Shown: in pieces, positions 47,271 to 57,648 of the stretch
Numbering within the stretch: position 1 is the stretch's first letter
Layout: each line of letters starts with the position of its first letter
Source: an uncultured delta proteobacterium
Lineage (GTDB): Bacteria > Myxococcota_A > Polyangia > Polyangiales > B10-G4
Assembly: GCA_963727445.1 (NCBI GenBank)
Contig: CAVSGI010000009.1
Span: 32,001-96,000 of the forward strand
Direction: 5' to 3'
Length of the DNA stretch: 64,000 bases
Made by a program: the position numbers and the translations under genes
The notes under the pieces: generated by a model
What the model was told of the DNA's origin: nothing
The model's database searches: none
The model's input: only the letters and a program-made list of their open reading frames with translations

Positions 47271-47299
47271 CTCAAGTTCTCGAATGTCCCGACCGATGG
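47271..47299 (+). promoter_or_regulatory. sigma28-like promoter
   Basis: CTCAAG-N15-ACCGATGG, same boxes and spacing as the flgM promoter. Confidence 0.65.
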
Positions 47300-47374
47300 A
47301 TCGATGGCGACGAGCCGGCTGCACTCACCCGTGTGATCGGCGCGCCCGTTTCATCTGAGGCCCAAGGAGACACG

Positions 47375-47755
47375 ATGCAGGACACCGCCATCAACGAAGC
47401 GCACGCGCCGGAACCGGCCGCGGAAAGAAGGCGCAACATCCGGGTGCCGCTCGAGACCAACGTCGGTGTCGTGAGCGAGTCGAACTTCTACGCGGGCTTC
47501 TCTCAGGACGTCTCGGAGGGCGGTCTCTTCGTGGCGACCTATCAGCTGTTGCCCGTGGGCACTGAGGTGTGCGTCAGCTTTGCGGTGGGGGACGTGGAGA
47601 TCGAGGCGCACGGCACGGTTCGTTGGCTCCGAGAGCCTTTGAGCGGTGACGTCAGCCCCGGCATGGGGATCGAGTTCGAAGGGCTCCCCCGCGAGCAGGA
47701 GGATGCCATTCGGGCGTTCGTCCGGCTCCGCGAGCCGCTCTTCTTCGACCTCTGA
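47375..47755 (+). CDS. Stand-alone PilZ protein (TIGR02266-like)
   Basis: RRNIR, SNFYAGFSQDVSEGGLFVAT, PGMGIEF, REPLFFD. Confidence 0.88.
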   Translation: MQDTAINEAHAPEPAAERRRNIRVPLETNVGVVSESNFYAGFSQDVSEGGLFVATYQLLPVGTEVCVSFAVGDVEIEAHGTVRWLREPLSGDVSPGMGIEFEGLPREQEDAIRAFVRLREPLFFDL

Positions 47756-47758
47756 TCG

Positions 47759-50575
47759 TCACGAGACCGCGTGGTCCCCTTTGGCGAGGGGAAGGCGAAT
47801 CGTGAACGCCGCGCCCCCGAGGTCGCATCCACCGACGTCGAGCGTCCCCCCGTGCTGGCGCACGACGTCACGGGCGATCGCCAGGCCGAGGCCGGTCCCT
47901 TCCCCAGCGCCGCGCGTGGTGACGAAGGGCTCGAAGATCTTCGAGCGAAGCTCGGCGGACACGCCGGGGCCGGAGTCCATGACCTCCACCACGTACTCGT
48001 CGCCTTCGCTGCGGCCTTCGACGCGAATCGTTCCGCCCTCGTCTCCCACCGCGCGAGCGGCGTTGTCGACGAGGTTCAGAAACACGTGGTTCATGTCGCC
48101 GGGACGGCCGAAGACGACGACCGTCTCGTCGACCTCCGCAGTGATCTCCACGCTGGGAGGGACCTTCGCCGACACGAGGCGCACCGACGCGAGCAGCCCG
48201 TGTCCTGGTTGAAATTTCCCCTGCTTCTCCTTTTCGATCCGCGAAAGATCGAGCAGGTCCGTCGAGAGGCGAGCGATCCGGTCCGCGCTGTCTTGCATCA
48301 CGTCGAACATCTGCTCGCTTCCCTCGTCGAGGGACGCCGAGAGGCGAGAGCGCACCGAGGGAAGACCGGAGGTGAGCGGCAAGAGGGCGTTGCGCACGTT
48401 GTGTGCGACCGAGGCGGCGACGACGCCCAGGGCGGCGAGGCGCTCCTGGTGCGCGAGGTGTTGCATCACCTTGCGAATACGAAGGTGGACGTCCACGCGC
48501 GCGAGGAGCTCGCGTCCATGGAAGGGCTTGGTCAGATAGTCGTCCGCGCCGGCTTCGAAACCTTCGAGGACCTGGCGGGTGTCCGAGCGGGCGGTGACGA
48601 GGAGGATGGGGGTGGTTCGCGTACGCTCGAGCTGCCTGAGCGCTTTCGTCAGCTCGATGCCGTCGATGCCTGGCATCGCCACGTCGGATACGACCACGTC
48701 GGGGACCACGAGCTCGACCGCCTCGAGCGCCCGCCTTCCGTCTGCCACGGCATGAACGGCGAACCGCGGTGCGAGGACGTCGGCGATGAACGCCCGCAGG
48801 TCGGGATCGTCCTCCACGACCAGGGCGACGGGCGCGCCCGCACGCGGAGGCTCACGGGTGAGCTCCGCGGTCGCAGTCGGGGGAGGGAGGCTCGCGAGCT
48901 CCGCCGGTGATTGGCGTGCGTTGGGCGCCGGGGGGGTCGACGCCTGGGCCACGATGCGGGGCAGGACGAGCCTGAACACCGTCCGCACGTTCGGCTCGCT
49001 CACGACCGTCACCTCGCCACCATGCAGCCGCGCCGTCTCCCGAACCAGAGCGAGGCCGAGGCCCGTACCACCGGGCCGCCGGGCGCCCGCCCCTGGCTGC
49101 GAGAAGCGCTCGAAGAGATCCTTCTGCTGTTCGGTGGGAATGCCGACCCCATCGTCCTCCACCGAGAAGAGGATCTCGCCTCCCGTGTCCTCCGCCTGAA
49201 TGGAGATACGGCGGGCGGCGAAGCGCAGCGCGTTCGCCACCAGGTTGGTGAGCGCCGCCTCGATGCGATCCACGTCGAGGGCCATCGAGGTCTGACCCGT
49301 CGGGACGGAGGTGACGAGCGCGATGCCCCGCGAGGCCGCGGCGGGCTGGAAGGCGTCGGCGACACGACGGACGAGGTCCGCCGGGCGGATCGCGGTGCGC
49401 GTGAGGGTCGCCGCTCCGGCGTCGATCTTCGCGAGGTCGAGGAGCTGGTTGATCAGCGTGAGCAGGCGGGTGCCGTTCCGCTTCATCGCCGCCAGGGTCG
49501 CATCGCGACCGCCGGGGGGGGCCGTGCCTGCGGCCAGGTCGTCGAGGGGCGCCAACATCAGGGTCAGTGGGGTGCGCAGCTCGTGCGACACGTTGGAGAA
49601 GAAGTCGGTCTTCGCCTGATCGAGGTTGCGCACCTCTTCGAGGGTCTCGGCAAGCTGTCGGCTCGTCTCGGCCAGCTCAGCGGTGCGCTCCTCGACCTTG
49701 GCGTCGACCTCTCGTTTCGCTTCCAGCAGCTCCTCGAAGCGGAGCTCGTTGTCCCGAACGCTCCGCCCCAGCGCGTCGTGGTGGTCCTGAATGTCCGCGA
49801 TGCGGTCCGCGAGGTCGCGTCGCTGTCGATAGGCGAGCACCGTGGCCCAGGTGGCGACACCGCCGAGCACGGTGGTCGCGATCAAGGGGTAGAGGGCCGC
49901 TCCGAGCAGAGAGCCGAGGACGAATCCGCCGCCGCTTCCGGCGAGCAGCACCAGCCACGGAGAGACGCGTCCATCGGCTTCCTGCCACTCGATCTCGAAG
50001 ATGCACTCGTCCGCGCCCCGGTGGTAGCACTCGTCGTGCACCACCCGCGCAGGTGGCAGGTCGAAGAGCACCGGGACCGAGGCCATCTGGGCGCGCAGGA
50101 CCTCGCAGAGATGGCTGGTGCCCGTGCGCGGGACGTCGATCTGACGATGCCCCGTGAGCCGGATCCGCCGCGGCCCGAGCTTGTCCAGCTCCCAGCTCAC
50201 CACTTTGTTGAAACGGGGAGTCGCGCCCACGATGCGCTCGTAGGTGAACAGCGGCGTCCCGAAGCTTCGGACGAAGGGGTAGATGGCCCCCATGTGCTTC
50301 GGGGTCATGACGCCGCGCCCCACCCGGGTGACGAGCTCGCGCCCGCCTTCGGTTGCCAGCCGGTCCAGCACCTTTTCGCAAAAACCCCAGGAGACCCAGG
50401 ACTGCGTTTCGATCAGGTGCCGGACGTCCACCCCCCACTCGTCCACCCAACGCTGGACGGTCTGCTTTCCCAGCTCTTCCTCCGCGAGATCGAGGATGCT
50501 CCCGAGCCCATACGCATGCATGTGCGGCATCAGCACGTCGTCTTCGCGTTCGCGCTGCTTCGCGGGTGCGGTCAT
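47759..50575 (-). CDS. Membrane hybrid kinase: HNOB/V4R-like sensor, TM, HK, REC, second HK
   Basis: HDECYHRGADECIFEIEW; SHELRTPLT; SDVAMP; VAHNVRN; two GTGLGL boxes. Confidence 0.88.
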   Translation of the reverse strand: MTAPAKQREREDDVLMPHMHAYGLGSILDLAEEELGKQTVQRWVDEWGVDVRHLIETQSWVSWGFCEKVLDRLATEGGRELVTRVGRGVMTPKHMGAIYPFVRSFGTPLFTYERIVGATPRFNKVVSWELDKLGPRRIRLTGHRQIDVPRTGTSHLCEVLRAQMASVPVLFDLPPARVVHDECYHRGADECIFEIEWQEADGRVSPWLVLLAGSGGGFVLGSLLGAALYPLIATTVLGGVATWATVLAYRQRRDLADRIADIQDHHDALGRSVRDNELRFEELLEAKREVDAKVEERTAELAETSRQLAETLEEVRNLDQAKTDFFSNVSHELRTPLTLMLAPLDDLAAGTAPPGGRDATLAAMKRNGTRLLTLINQLLDLAKIDAGAATLTRTAIRPADLVRRVADAFQPAAASRGIALVTSVPTGQTSMALDVDRIEAALTNLVANALRFAARRISIQAEDTGGEILFSVEDDGVGIPTEQQKDLFERFSQPGAGARRPGGTGLGLALVRETARLHGGEVTVVSEPNVRTVFRLVLPRIVAQASTPPAPNARQSPAELASLPPPTATAELTREPPRAGAPVALVVEDDPDLRAFIADVLAPRFAVHAVADGRRALEAVELVVPDVVVSDVAMPGIDGIELTKALRQLERTRTTPILLVTARSDTRQVLEGFEAGADDYLTKPFHGRELLARVDVHLRIRKVMQHLAHQERLAALGVVAASVAHNVRNALLPLTSGLPSVRSRLSASLDEGSEQMFDVMQDSADRIARLSTDLLDLSRIEKEKQGKFQPGHGLLASVRLVSAKVPPSVEITAEVDETVVVFGRPGDMNHVFLNLVDNAARAVGDEGGTIRVEGRSEGDEYVVEVMDSGPGVSAELRSKIFEPFVTTRGAGEGTGLGLAIARDVVRQHGGTLDVGGCDLGGAAFTIRLPLAKGDHAVS

Positions 50576-51570
50576 CAGTCGGCGGAAGTGCTCGGCTCGG
50601 TCGCGGCAGCCGCAGGGAGGCTGATCAACGGTACGCCCGTGGCGCTCGCGACCTCTCGAAACTGGCGGCGGCGTCGCACGATGTTCCAGCCCACGCCCTC
50701 GGCTTCGTTGTACCGGTCTCCGAGCACCTCCCGAACGAGCTCGCGGCACGCGCGCAATCGATACCAGGGCAGGGTGGGGAAGAGGTGATGCTCGGTGTGG
50801 AAGTTGAAGTTGAGCATCAGCAGCTCACTCACCCCGCGCGGGTAATAGCCCGAACGGCTCACTCGCCACTGCTCCCAGAGCCGCAGTGGGCGATCGAATC
50901 CCGGCAGCATGGTGTGGTGCGGAAGGTTCACCAACTCGTTCATCATGAGATAGAGGACGAGGGCAGGGAGGATGTCGAAGGACAGGCCAAAATGGAGCAC
51001 CGTCCACCCAATCCCCCCGTAGGCCACGAGCAGAAATAACACGGACGACACGCATTCGCGGAGCTTGTTGGATTCCCCCTTCCGCGCCAGCGACAGGGGG
51101 TAGGTCCAGAAGACGAGATGCTGGGCGAACGCCACCAGGGGCACCCACGACCGCCACCCGAAGCGCACCGCCCATGGGATCTCTCCGGTCTCGCGCCACC
51201 CCACGAAAGCGGCCGCCGTCGGATCCTTCTCGAGAAAGCCCACGTAGAAGTGGTGCTGGCGGTGCATGTGCTTCCACGAGGCGTAGGGCTGAAAGCAGAA
51301 GAGACTGGCCCAGTGGCCGATGGCGTCGTTCACCTTCCTCTTGCGCACGAAAGCTCCGTGACCGCATTCGTGCAAGATCGCGAAAGCCTGGAAGAAGCCC
51401 ACACAGAGAAGCAGCTGTGAGGCGAGGTAGCTCGGCCAGTCGGCCCGCTGCATGAGAGCGACTCCGGCGGCCAGCACCGCCGCGTTTCCGAGCAGCGTCG
51501 CCGCCGCCATGACGGCGCCGGGTTCGAAGACCAGATGCCCCCGGATCGTGGCGTACTGCGCCTTGGTCAT
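50575..51570 (-). CDS. Membrane fatty acid desaturase
   Basis: His boxes HECGH, HRQHH, HTEHH. Confidence 0.9.
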   Translation of the reverse strand: MTKAQYATIRGHLVFEPGAVMAAATLLGNAAVLAAGVALMQRADWPSYLASQLLLCVGFFQAFAILHECGHGAFVRKRKVNDAIGHWASLFCFQPYASWKHMHRQHHFYVGFLEKDPTAAAFVGWRETGEIPWAVRFGWRSWVPLVAFAQHLVFWTYPLSLARKGESNKLRECVSSVLFLLVAYGGIGWTVLHFGLSFDILPALVLYLMMNELVNLPHHTMLPGFDRPLRLWEQWRVSRSGYYPRGVSELLMLNFNFHTEHHLFPTLPWYRLRACRELVREVLGDRYNEAEGVGWNIVRRRRQFREVASATGVPLISLPAAAATEPSTSAD

Positions 51571-53333
51571 CCGTCCGCGATCCCCGTCTCGATGAACCCA
51601 GCGAGGCAGAGTCGATTGAGGAGTACGAGCTGGCGCTCGCTCAAGTTCGACCGAAGGGAGCCGAATGACTCGGAACGCCCCCGGAGTCGGCGGAACAGCT
51701 CCACCCCTCCCTCGATCTCGTCGCGAAACTTGATGGCCGGCACCGCTGGATCCTCCAGGCAGAAGCGGTGACAGGGGCGAGGGCTGGCGTAGAGCGGCGG
51801 CATGACGTCTGCGTGGGCGACGGGGTCCTTCCAATACCGCTCCATCGTCCGTCGGGCCTCGTCACTGAAGGCCTCTGATGCACTTTTCACACGGACCACT
51901 TCGATGGTCTTGCCCTCGCGCAGGGAGACGTCCTCTCGAAACCGCAAATGTTCGGAGTCGCCGAGATCCTCGCCCCGAAAGCGGCGACGCGTCTCGAAGA
52001 GCGGGCCTTCGACGGCCTGGGCGTCGCCCTTCCCGAGATCGACACCCAGCACGTGGATGAGATCCGGGCTGATGTCCGTATCCACCAACGCGTGGAAGGT
52101 CCGATCGCGCGCGTCCCTCGACGTCGCGTCGGCTCTGCGCTTCCAATAAACGCTCGACGGATGGCGCTCGGCGATGGCGTGGTACCACTGGTCGATCGCC
52201 AAGGCGAAGGAGCGCGCAACGGCGTGCCAGTCGGTGTCGAAGTCGCGCCACAGCTCCCGTTTTTCCGCGTCGCTGACCGAGTCGTCGAAGGTGGTTCGGA
52301 TCAAGAGCGCGGCCGTGGCCGCGTAGACGAGCGCGAAGGCGACACCCGAAGAGAAGAGGGGATCGACGAAATGCGCGGAGTCGCCGATGAGCAGCCAGCG
52401 TCGGTCGAAATCGCAGAATTGGTCACTGATCATCGAGTAGTTCGTAGCCGTGAGGAGCCGGTCGCGGGTCGGCTTTGCATCCTCGAGGAGGTCCCCCAGA
52501 AGCGGGACCTCTCGCGCGAGCTGCAGGAAGCGCCCTGGATCGTCCTGGGGCACGGCCAGGTCGGCGAGTGCGGCGGGGTCCGTGACGAGACCCAGCGAGT
52601 GTGTGAGCACGCGCTCGCCATCGACGATCTTCGGTACGGGGATGTACCAGAACCACCCGTGCTCGAAAGCGAAGCAGCCGATCGCCGACCGATCGTCTGC
52701 GCGGAAGATGTTCCAGTCCCCCTCGAGGCTCTGCGCCGACTTCCCTCCCACCACGTGCATCCAGAGCGCGACGTTCTTGTAGGCGGAGAGGAACTCCTTG
52801 GGCTTTCGCGTCACCACACTGGTCTGGCGGCCCGACGCTTCCACGAAGAGACGTGCGCCGAACCTCCGCCCGTCCGCGGTGATGACCGCGTGACCCTCCT
52901 CTGCGTCTTCGACACGCGCGACAGCGGTGCCCTGAAACACGTCGACCCCACAATCGGCCGCGTGATCGAGGAGGAGCGCATCGAACTCCGCGCGATCGCA
53001 GTGGATCGCCCACCGGAGCACTCCGTCTCTGAGGTAATGCTCGTGCTCGAAGAAGGTCGCGGCGGGGGCCTGGGGATCCCAGGCGTAGTAGCCACCGAAC
53101 TTCTTGACCCAGCAGTCGCTCGACAGGACGCGTTCGAGGGCGCCGCTCTCGGAAAGCACCGGAATCACTCGGTGCGAGAACGATTCCCCGATGTGCTCTC
53201 TCGGGAAGTGCTCCTTTTCGAGGATGGCGATACGAAGGTCGGTCTGGCGCGCGAGAAGCGCGCCGAGGGTCGCCCCTGCGGGGCCACCGCCCATGATGAC
53301 CACGTCATAATCGTGCTGGGCCGAGCTGCTCAC
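51567..53333 (-). CDS. Flavin-dependent halogenase with C-terminal extension
   Basis: GGGPAG, FPREHIGES, WFWYIP, GDSAHFVDPLFSSG. Confidence 0.85.
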   Translation of the reverse strand: MSSSAQHDYDVVIMGGGPAGATLGALLARQTDLRIAILEKEHFPREHIGESFSHRVIPVLSESGALERVLSSDCWVKKFGGYYAWDPQAPAATFFEHEHYLRDGVLRWAIHCDRAEFDALLLDHAADCGVDVFQGTAVARVEDAEEGHAVITADGRRFGARLFVEASGRQTSVVTRKPKEFLSAYKNVALWMHVVGGKSAQSLEGDWNIFRADDRSAIGCFAFEHGWFWYIPVPKIVDGERVLTHSLGLVTDPAALADLAVPQDDPGRFLQLAREVPLLGDLLEDAKPTRDRLLTATNYSMISDQFCDFDRRWLLIGDSAHFVDPLFSSGVAFALVYAATAALLIRTTFDDSVSDAEKRELWRDFDTDWHAVARSFALAIDQWYHAIAERHPSSVYWKRRADATSRDARDRTFHALVDTDISPDLIHVLGVDLGKGDAQAVEGPLFETRRRFRGEDLGDSEHLRFREDVSLREGKTIEVVRVKSASEAFSDEARRTMERYWKDPVAHADVMPPLYASPRPCHRFCLEDPAVPAIKFRDEIEGGVELFRRLRGRSESFGSLRSNLSERQLVLLNRLCLAGFIETGIADG

Positions 53334-53391
53334 GTCGCGCCTCCTGCCTCCCCCCGCGAAGATGTAGGTCGGTGACGCCGAGCCTGCAACC

Positions 53392-55659
53392 TCAGGCGCC
53401 TTCCGCGAGCTTGCTCGCCAGGCGCTGGGCGCGGATCTCGCCGTAGCGCTCGCGGAGGAAGTAGTACCAGCGATGCAGGCCCGCGCGGTTGTAGCAGTTG
53501 ACCATCACGTCGGCCTCGTGCACGAAGCCGGCCTCGACGAACGGCCGGGAGTCGAAACCGGTCGGGAGCATCACGAATCGGTCTCCCGCGCCAACGGCCT
53601 CGGCCTGCGCGGCGACGTGTCGCGCCGCGGCGCGCAGCGCATCCTCGGGGCGGATCTCCGAATGGATCGGCAGCACCCAGGTCGTGTTGACGAGCCACGT
53701 GAGGTTGAACCCCGGGTCGGCCCGATCCTCGATGAGCGCGACGAGCGGGTGGCCGCGATCGGTGATGATGTGATTGCGCCGCCTCCGCGAGACACCGCCG
53801 CGAGCGAAGGACTTCCGAGACTCGTCGAGGCGTACGTCGTCGACGCGGAAGGAGAGCGCGGCCGCCCCGAGGCGCGTGAAGATGCGCTCCGCGGCTCGCT
53901 GCACCACTCTCTCATCGCGCCGGCGGAGCGCGCGCACGACAAGGTCCGAGGGGCGAGTGAGCGTCGGTGGTGGGCCGTCGCCGCGGAGAACCCAAAGGCC
54001 CACGCTGCGGGATGCGATGGCCTCGGGCGTGCCGGTGAGCGCAAAGAAGCCCTCGAGAAACGCGATGATCGGACGATTCGCCGTGTTGACGAAGACCACC
54101 ATGTAGCGGCCGTCGGGCCGCGGCAGGATGTAGTCGAGGTAGGCCATGTGGAGTAGACCGGGCTCGCGATGCTTCCGCGCCGGCGCCGCGGCCATGTGCT
54201 GGATGACCCACGAGTGCTCCCAGGCGCGCACTGCGGAAACGGCGGCCACCGGGCGCCCCTCCTCTCGCTGGACGAGCGTTCGGCAGAGATCGGTGGCGTG
54301 GAGCTTGCGCCAGACCACGCGGGCGCGGTCCTCCACCGGGGGCAGGTTCCGCGTCATGTGCGGGCCGAAGAGGCCGACCTCTCGATAGAGGCGAAGAAGG
54401 CCGTCGAAGTCGTGGCCCATCCCGACGTCCAGGTGCGGATACCGAAGACGGGCGATCAGGTCGACGAACGCCGGAGAGTCGACGCCGCGTTGATCGCACC
54501 ATTGCGCGCGGCAGCTCTCGCCATCCACGCCGGTGATCTGCATTTCGCCGACCGGGATCAGGCCCGTCTGCGCGCGGAGCTTGGCGTCCTCGAGGGTCAG
54601 CCCGCGCCACAGGACGTCTTCTTTCGGGTTGGCCTCGAAGCTAAGGCCACCGAAGGAGAGGTCGTGCACTGCGCGGGAAAGGCGTTCCCCCGTGGCGAGG
54701 TTCCGGCCGGAGATGCGCACCGCCACGCCGTCGGGGACGCGCGTGCGAAAGTGGTAGCGACGCTGCCGTCGGGACACCATCAGCGGGAACGAGAGGGAGA
54801 CGACCGATCCACTCCATCGCAGGACCCGAACCGTCATGGCATAGCTGACGGAGAAGAGCTCGAAGGCGAGGCGCCCTCGAGACGCGACCAAGGGCGATTC
54901 GAGGGCTTCGAGTGTGATCGTCGAGCCTTCGGCGGCGACGAGTCGGCCCCGGATGGTGGCGCCTCCCGGGAGCTCGAAGGTCGCTATCGTCTCCGACAGA
55001 GCCGCGACCTCCAGGATCCGCCGAACGCGCCTCGCGTCGCTCAGCTGATCCGACCGGCGGGGGAGCCCTTCTTCCTGTGGCGACAGGCGAAGACGCATCC
55101 GAAAGCGCCGTGCCCCATCCGGCGACCTCCAGGGAATCGACTCCAGTACCCGAGCCCGGGCGCGGCGGAGTAGACGCCGGTCTCCCCACAGCTCGACGAT
55201 CGGTATCACCGACGCTGGGGAGAGCGCGTGGGAGGACTCGACCGCGCACCCATCTCGGGAGACGTCGATGAGTGGCATGGCATAGAGATCGAGGTCGTCG
55301 CCGCCGTCCGGGACGATGAGAACGCTGGGATCGCGGGGCATTCGACGGGCCATCGAGCGCTCCAACCGGATTGGCGTGAGACGAGCTCCCGCGATTGGCA
55401 GCACGATTCGTCCCGGCTCGACTCGGGCCGGGCCTCCGAAGAGAACGCGCTCCGGCTCCGAGTGAATCACCAGCCGGACGCGGTCCAGCCGCCCCGGCAG
55501 AGCATCGGTGGCCACCGGGCTCAACACCAGCTCGCGACTTGCTCCTCGCCCTCGCACGCCCGAGAGAAACGTTTCGAGTCGAGCGCTCATCGCTCCCACA
55601 TCGAGCACGGCCGGAGCCAATTCCCGGGCGGCGCGCTCGATGTACGACCGACGGCTCAT
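53392..55659 (-). CDS. Tandem PilZ domains plus C-terminal GNAT-like region
   Basis: DVSRDG, QRRYHFR...DLSFGG; AAVSAVRAWEHSWVIQHMAA acyltransferase-like strands. Confidence 0.65.
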   Translation of the reverse strand: MSRRSYIERAARELAPAVLDVGAMSARLETFLSGVRGRGASRELVLSPVATDALPGRLDRVRLVIHSEPERVLFGGPARVEPGRIVLPIAGARLTPIRLERSMARRMPRDPSVLIVPDGGDDLDLYAMPLIDVSRDGCAVESSHALSPASVIPIVELWGDRRLLRRARARVLESIPWRSPDGARRFRMRLRLSPQEEGLPRRSDQLSDARRVRRILEVAALSETIATFELPGGATIRGRLVAAEGSTITLEALESPLVASRGRLAFELFSVSYAMTVRVLRWSGSVVSLSFPLMVSRRQRRYHFRTRVPDGVAVRISGRNLATGERLSRAVHDLSFGGLSFEANPKEDVLWRGLTLEDAKLRAQTGLIPVGEMQITGVDGESCRAQWCDQRGVDSPAFVDLIARLRYPHLDVGMGHDFDGLLRLYREVGLFGPHMTRNLPPVEDRARVVWRKLHATDLCRTLVQREEGRPVAAVSAVRAWEHSWVIQHMAAAPARKHREPGLLHMAYLDYILPRPDGRYMVVFVNTANRPIIAFLEGFFALTGTPEAIASRSVGLWVLRGDGPPPTLTRPSDLVVRALRRRDERVVQRAAERIFTRLGAAALSFRVDDVRLDESRKSFARGGVSRRRRNHIITDRGHPLVALIEDRADPGFNLTWLVNTTWVLPIHSEIRPEDALRAAARHVAAQAEAVGAGDRFVMLPTGFDSRPFVEAGFVHEADVMVNCYNRAGLHRWYYFLRERYGEIRAQRLASKLAEGA

Positions 55660-55752
55660 TTAGCAAAGAGGCTAGCGCCCACCTCCTATCGCGCAAACCC
55701 CCCCCACCCACGTGGTACTCTGCAGCAGCGATTCGGCCGCGTGACGACTTTC

Positions 55753-56910
55753 ATGAACATCGACTTTCGCGCCTACCCGATCCTCTACGTAGACGACGAA
55801 GCGGCGAACCTCATCACGGTGCGCTACCTGCTGGAAGGCAGCTTCGAGCTCCTGACCGCGCAGACCGGAGAGGACGCCCTCGCGCAACTCGCCGCGCGCG
55901 ACGACATCGCCGTGCTTCTCTGCGACCAGCGCATGCCCGGAATGTCCGGCGTCGAGGTCTGTGAACGCGCACGCGCGATCCGACCGGACGCCGTGCGGAT
56001 CATGATCACTGCGTACACCGACCTTCACGCCGCGGTGGACGCCATCAACCGCGGTCAGGTCGCGCGATACGTTCAGAAGCCTTTCCGGAACGAAGAGCTC
56101 GTCGCGGTTCTCCAGACGGCGATCTCTCTCGTGCACGTGCAGCGCACGGTGCAGTCGTTGGAGGTCGGGCTCCTCTCCTCTGGACAGGTGATGGGGGCGC
56201 GCACCGTCGAGGCGCAGATCGGCCACGAGCTCGGGAACGTCCTGGTCGGGGTGGAGGCGAACGTGGCGTACGCTTCCGACCTGATCAAGACGGCGCTGGA
56301 GATCGTCGGCGAAGACGGGGGCCGGTTGCGAGATCTGCTGGAAGAAGCGGCGGCGGGGCACGTCGACGCTCACATCAGCGTCGAGCAGATGAAGAACATC
56401 CTGCGCCGGCTGAAGCAGGGGGAGCTGTCGAAGCGCCCACCTCGCTGCCACGTCGATCGCGTGGTGGACTCGACGGTTCGCATTCTTCGCAACGAAGTCG
56501 AGAAGGTCGCCCGCATACAACTCATCATCGCGGGAACACCCCGGGTCGAGATGGAGGCCTCGGTGCTCGCGCAAGTCGTGACCAACCTCCTGCTGAACGC
56601 GGCGCAGGCCGTGCAGGAGCACGGGGTGAAGGACGATGCGATCGTCGTCGAGGTCGTCGCCGAGGACGACAAGGCGATCCTACGTGTCCGCGATCGCGGG
56701 CCCGGTATCGCGGACGAGCACCTCGAACGCATCTTCGATCCGCACTTCACGACGAAGAGCGGCGGTAATGGGCTCGGGTTGGCAATCGTTCGCGAGATGG
56801 TCACCAGCGCGGGGGGGCGGGTAAGGGTTCAATCGACACCGGAAGGGTCGACCTTCACCGTCGAGCTCCCCCTGTTGCCGCCAGCATCATCGCATCCGCC
56901 CTCGCACTGA
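55753..56910 (+). CDS. REC-histidine kinase
   Basis: YVDDE, CDQRMP, GHELGN, NLLLNA, DRGPG, GNGLGL. Confidence 0.9.
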   Translation: MNIDFRAYPILYVDDEAANLITVRYLLEGSFELLTAQTGEDALAQLAARDDIAVLLCDQRMPGMSGVEVCERARAIRPDAVRIMITAYTDLHAAVDAINRGQVARYVQKPFRNEELVAVLQTAISLVHVQRTVQSLEVGLLSSGQVMGARTVEAQIGHELGNVLVGVEANVAYASDLIKTALEIVGEDGGRLRDLLEEAAAGHVDAHISVEQMKNILRRLKQGELSKRPPRCHVDRVVDSTVRILRNEVEKVARIQLIIAGTPRVEMEASVLAQVVTNLLLNAAQAVQEHGVKDDAIVVEVVAEDDKAILRVRDRGPGIADEHLERIFDPHFTTKSGGNGLGLAIVREMVTSAGGRVRVQSTPEGSTFTVELPLLPPASSHPPSH

Positions 56911-57015
56911 TACGACGTTCGATACGTCGCTACTTGGGATAAGCAATAGTGCGTATGGGCCAGTCCACACTCGGCTCGATACTCCGAAGGTCGTCGACTT
57001 CGTATCCTGACCGAC

Positions 57016-57648
57016 GTGCAGGGTCTACGACTCGATGGGCTCGGCGAATCGGAAGCACGAGCCATCCTTGCCGCTCTTGCGGCGGCGCAGGACATCATCG
57101 TCCTCACCGCCTCCGACGGGTCGATCGTCTTCGTCAATCGGGATCTGCCGTCGCTGTCCCGCGAGCGATTGGTCGGTACCAGGCTCCACGACCACGTCGA
57201 AGCAGCGGATCGTGCTCGGCTGCAGGAGGCGATCCACACCGCACTCGAAAGTGGTGAGCACGTTGGCACCAGCGTCTCCCTCGTCTCACCGGCTGGCCCG
57301 ACGCCCGTGTCCATCCGCATCCTGCCCATTCGAGAGCCCGGCATCGGTCCGCGCCTCGTGCTCTTCGTGCAGGCCGCGTCCGCCCATCGCCGAGCCGGCG
57401 AGGGCAAGGACACGAGCGTCACGATGCAGGACATCGGCCGCAAGGCCGTCCACGATTTCAACAACGTCCTGACGGCCGTTCGTTACCACGCAGCGTTCGC
57501 TATCGAAGACCTCCCGGCGGAATCACCGGTGCTCCGGGAGCTCAGAGACATCGACGAGGCAGCCCAGCGCGGAATGGAGATCGCGGCGCGAGTCCTCGAC
57601 GAGATCAGCTCTGCTTCGGACGCGTCGGCATCGCGAAACGGAACATGA
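57016..57648 (+). CDS. PAS plus HisKA protein lacking the ATPase domain
   Basis: PAS (DGSIVFVN), VHDFNNVL, then stop overlapping the hypD ATG. Confidence 0.7.
   Translation: MQGLRLDGLGESEARAILAALAAAQDIIVLTASDGSIVFVNRDLPSLSRERLVGTRLHDHVEAADRARLQEAIHTALESGEHVGTSVSLVSPAGPTPVSIRILPIREPGIGPRLVLFVQAASAHRRAGEGKDTSVTMQDIGRKAVHDFNNVLTAVRYHAAFAIEDLPAESPVLRELRDIDEAAQRGMEIAARVLDEISSASDASASRNGT

Noticed and set aside
48911..50788. Long antisense ORFs (also 11755..13353, 51948..53375, 62022..63620)
   Set aside because: They lie opposite well-supported genes; typical of high-GC codon bias
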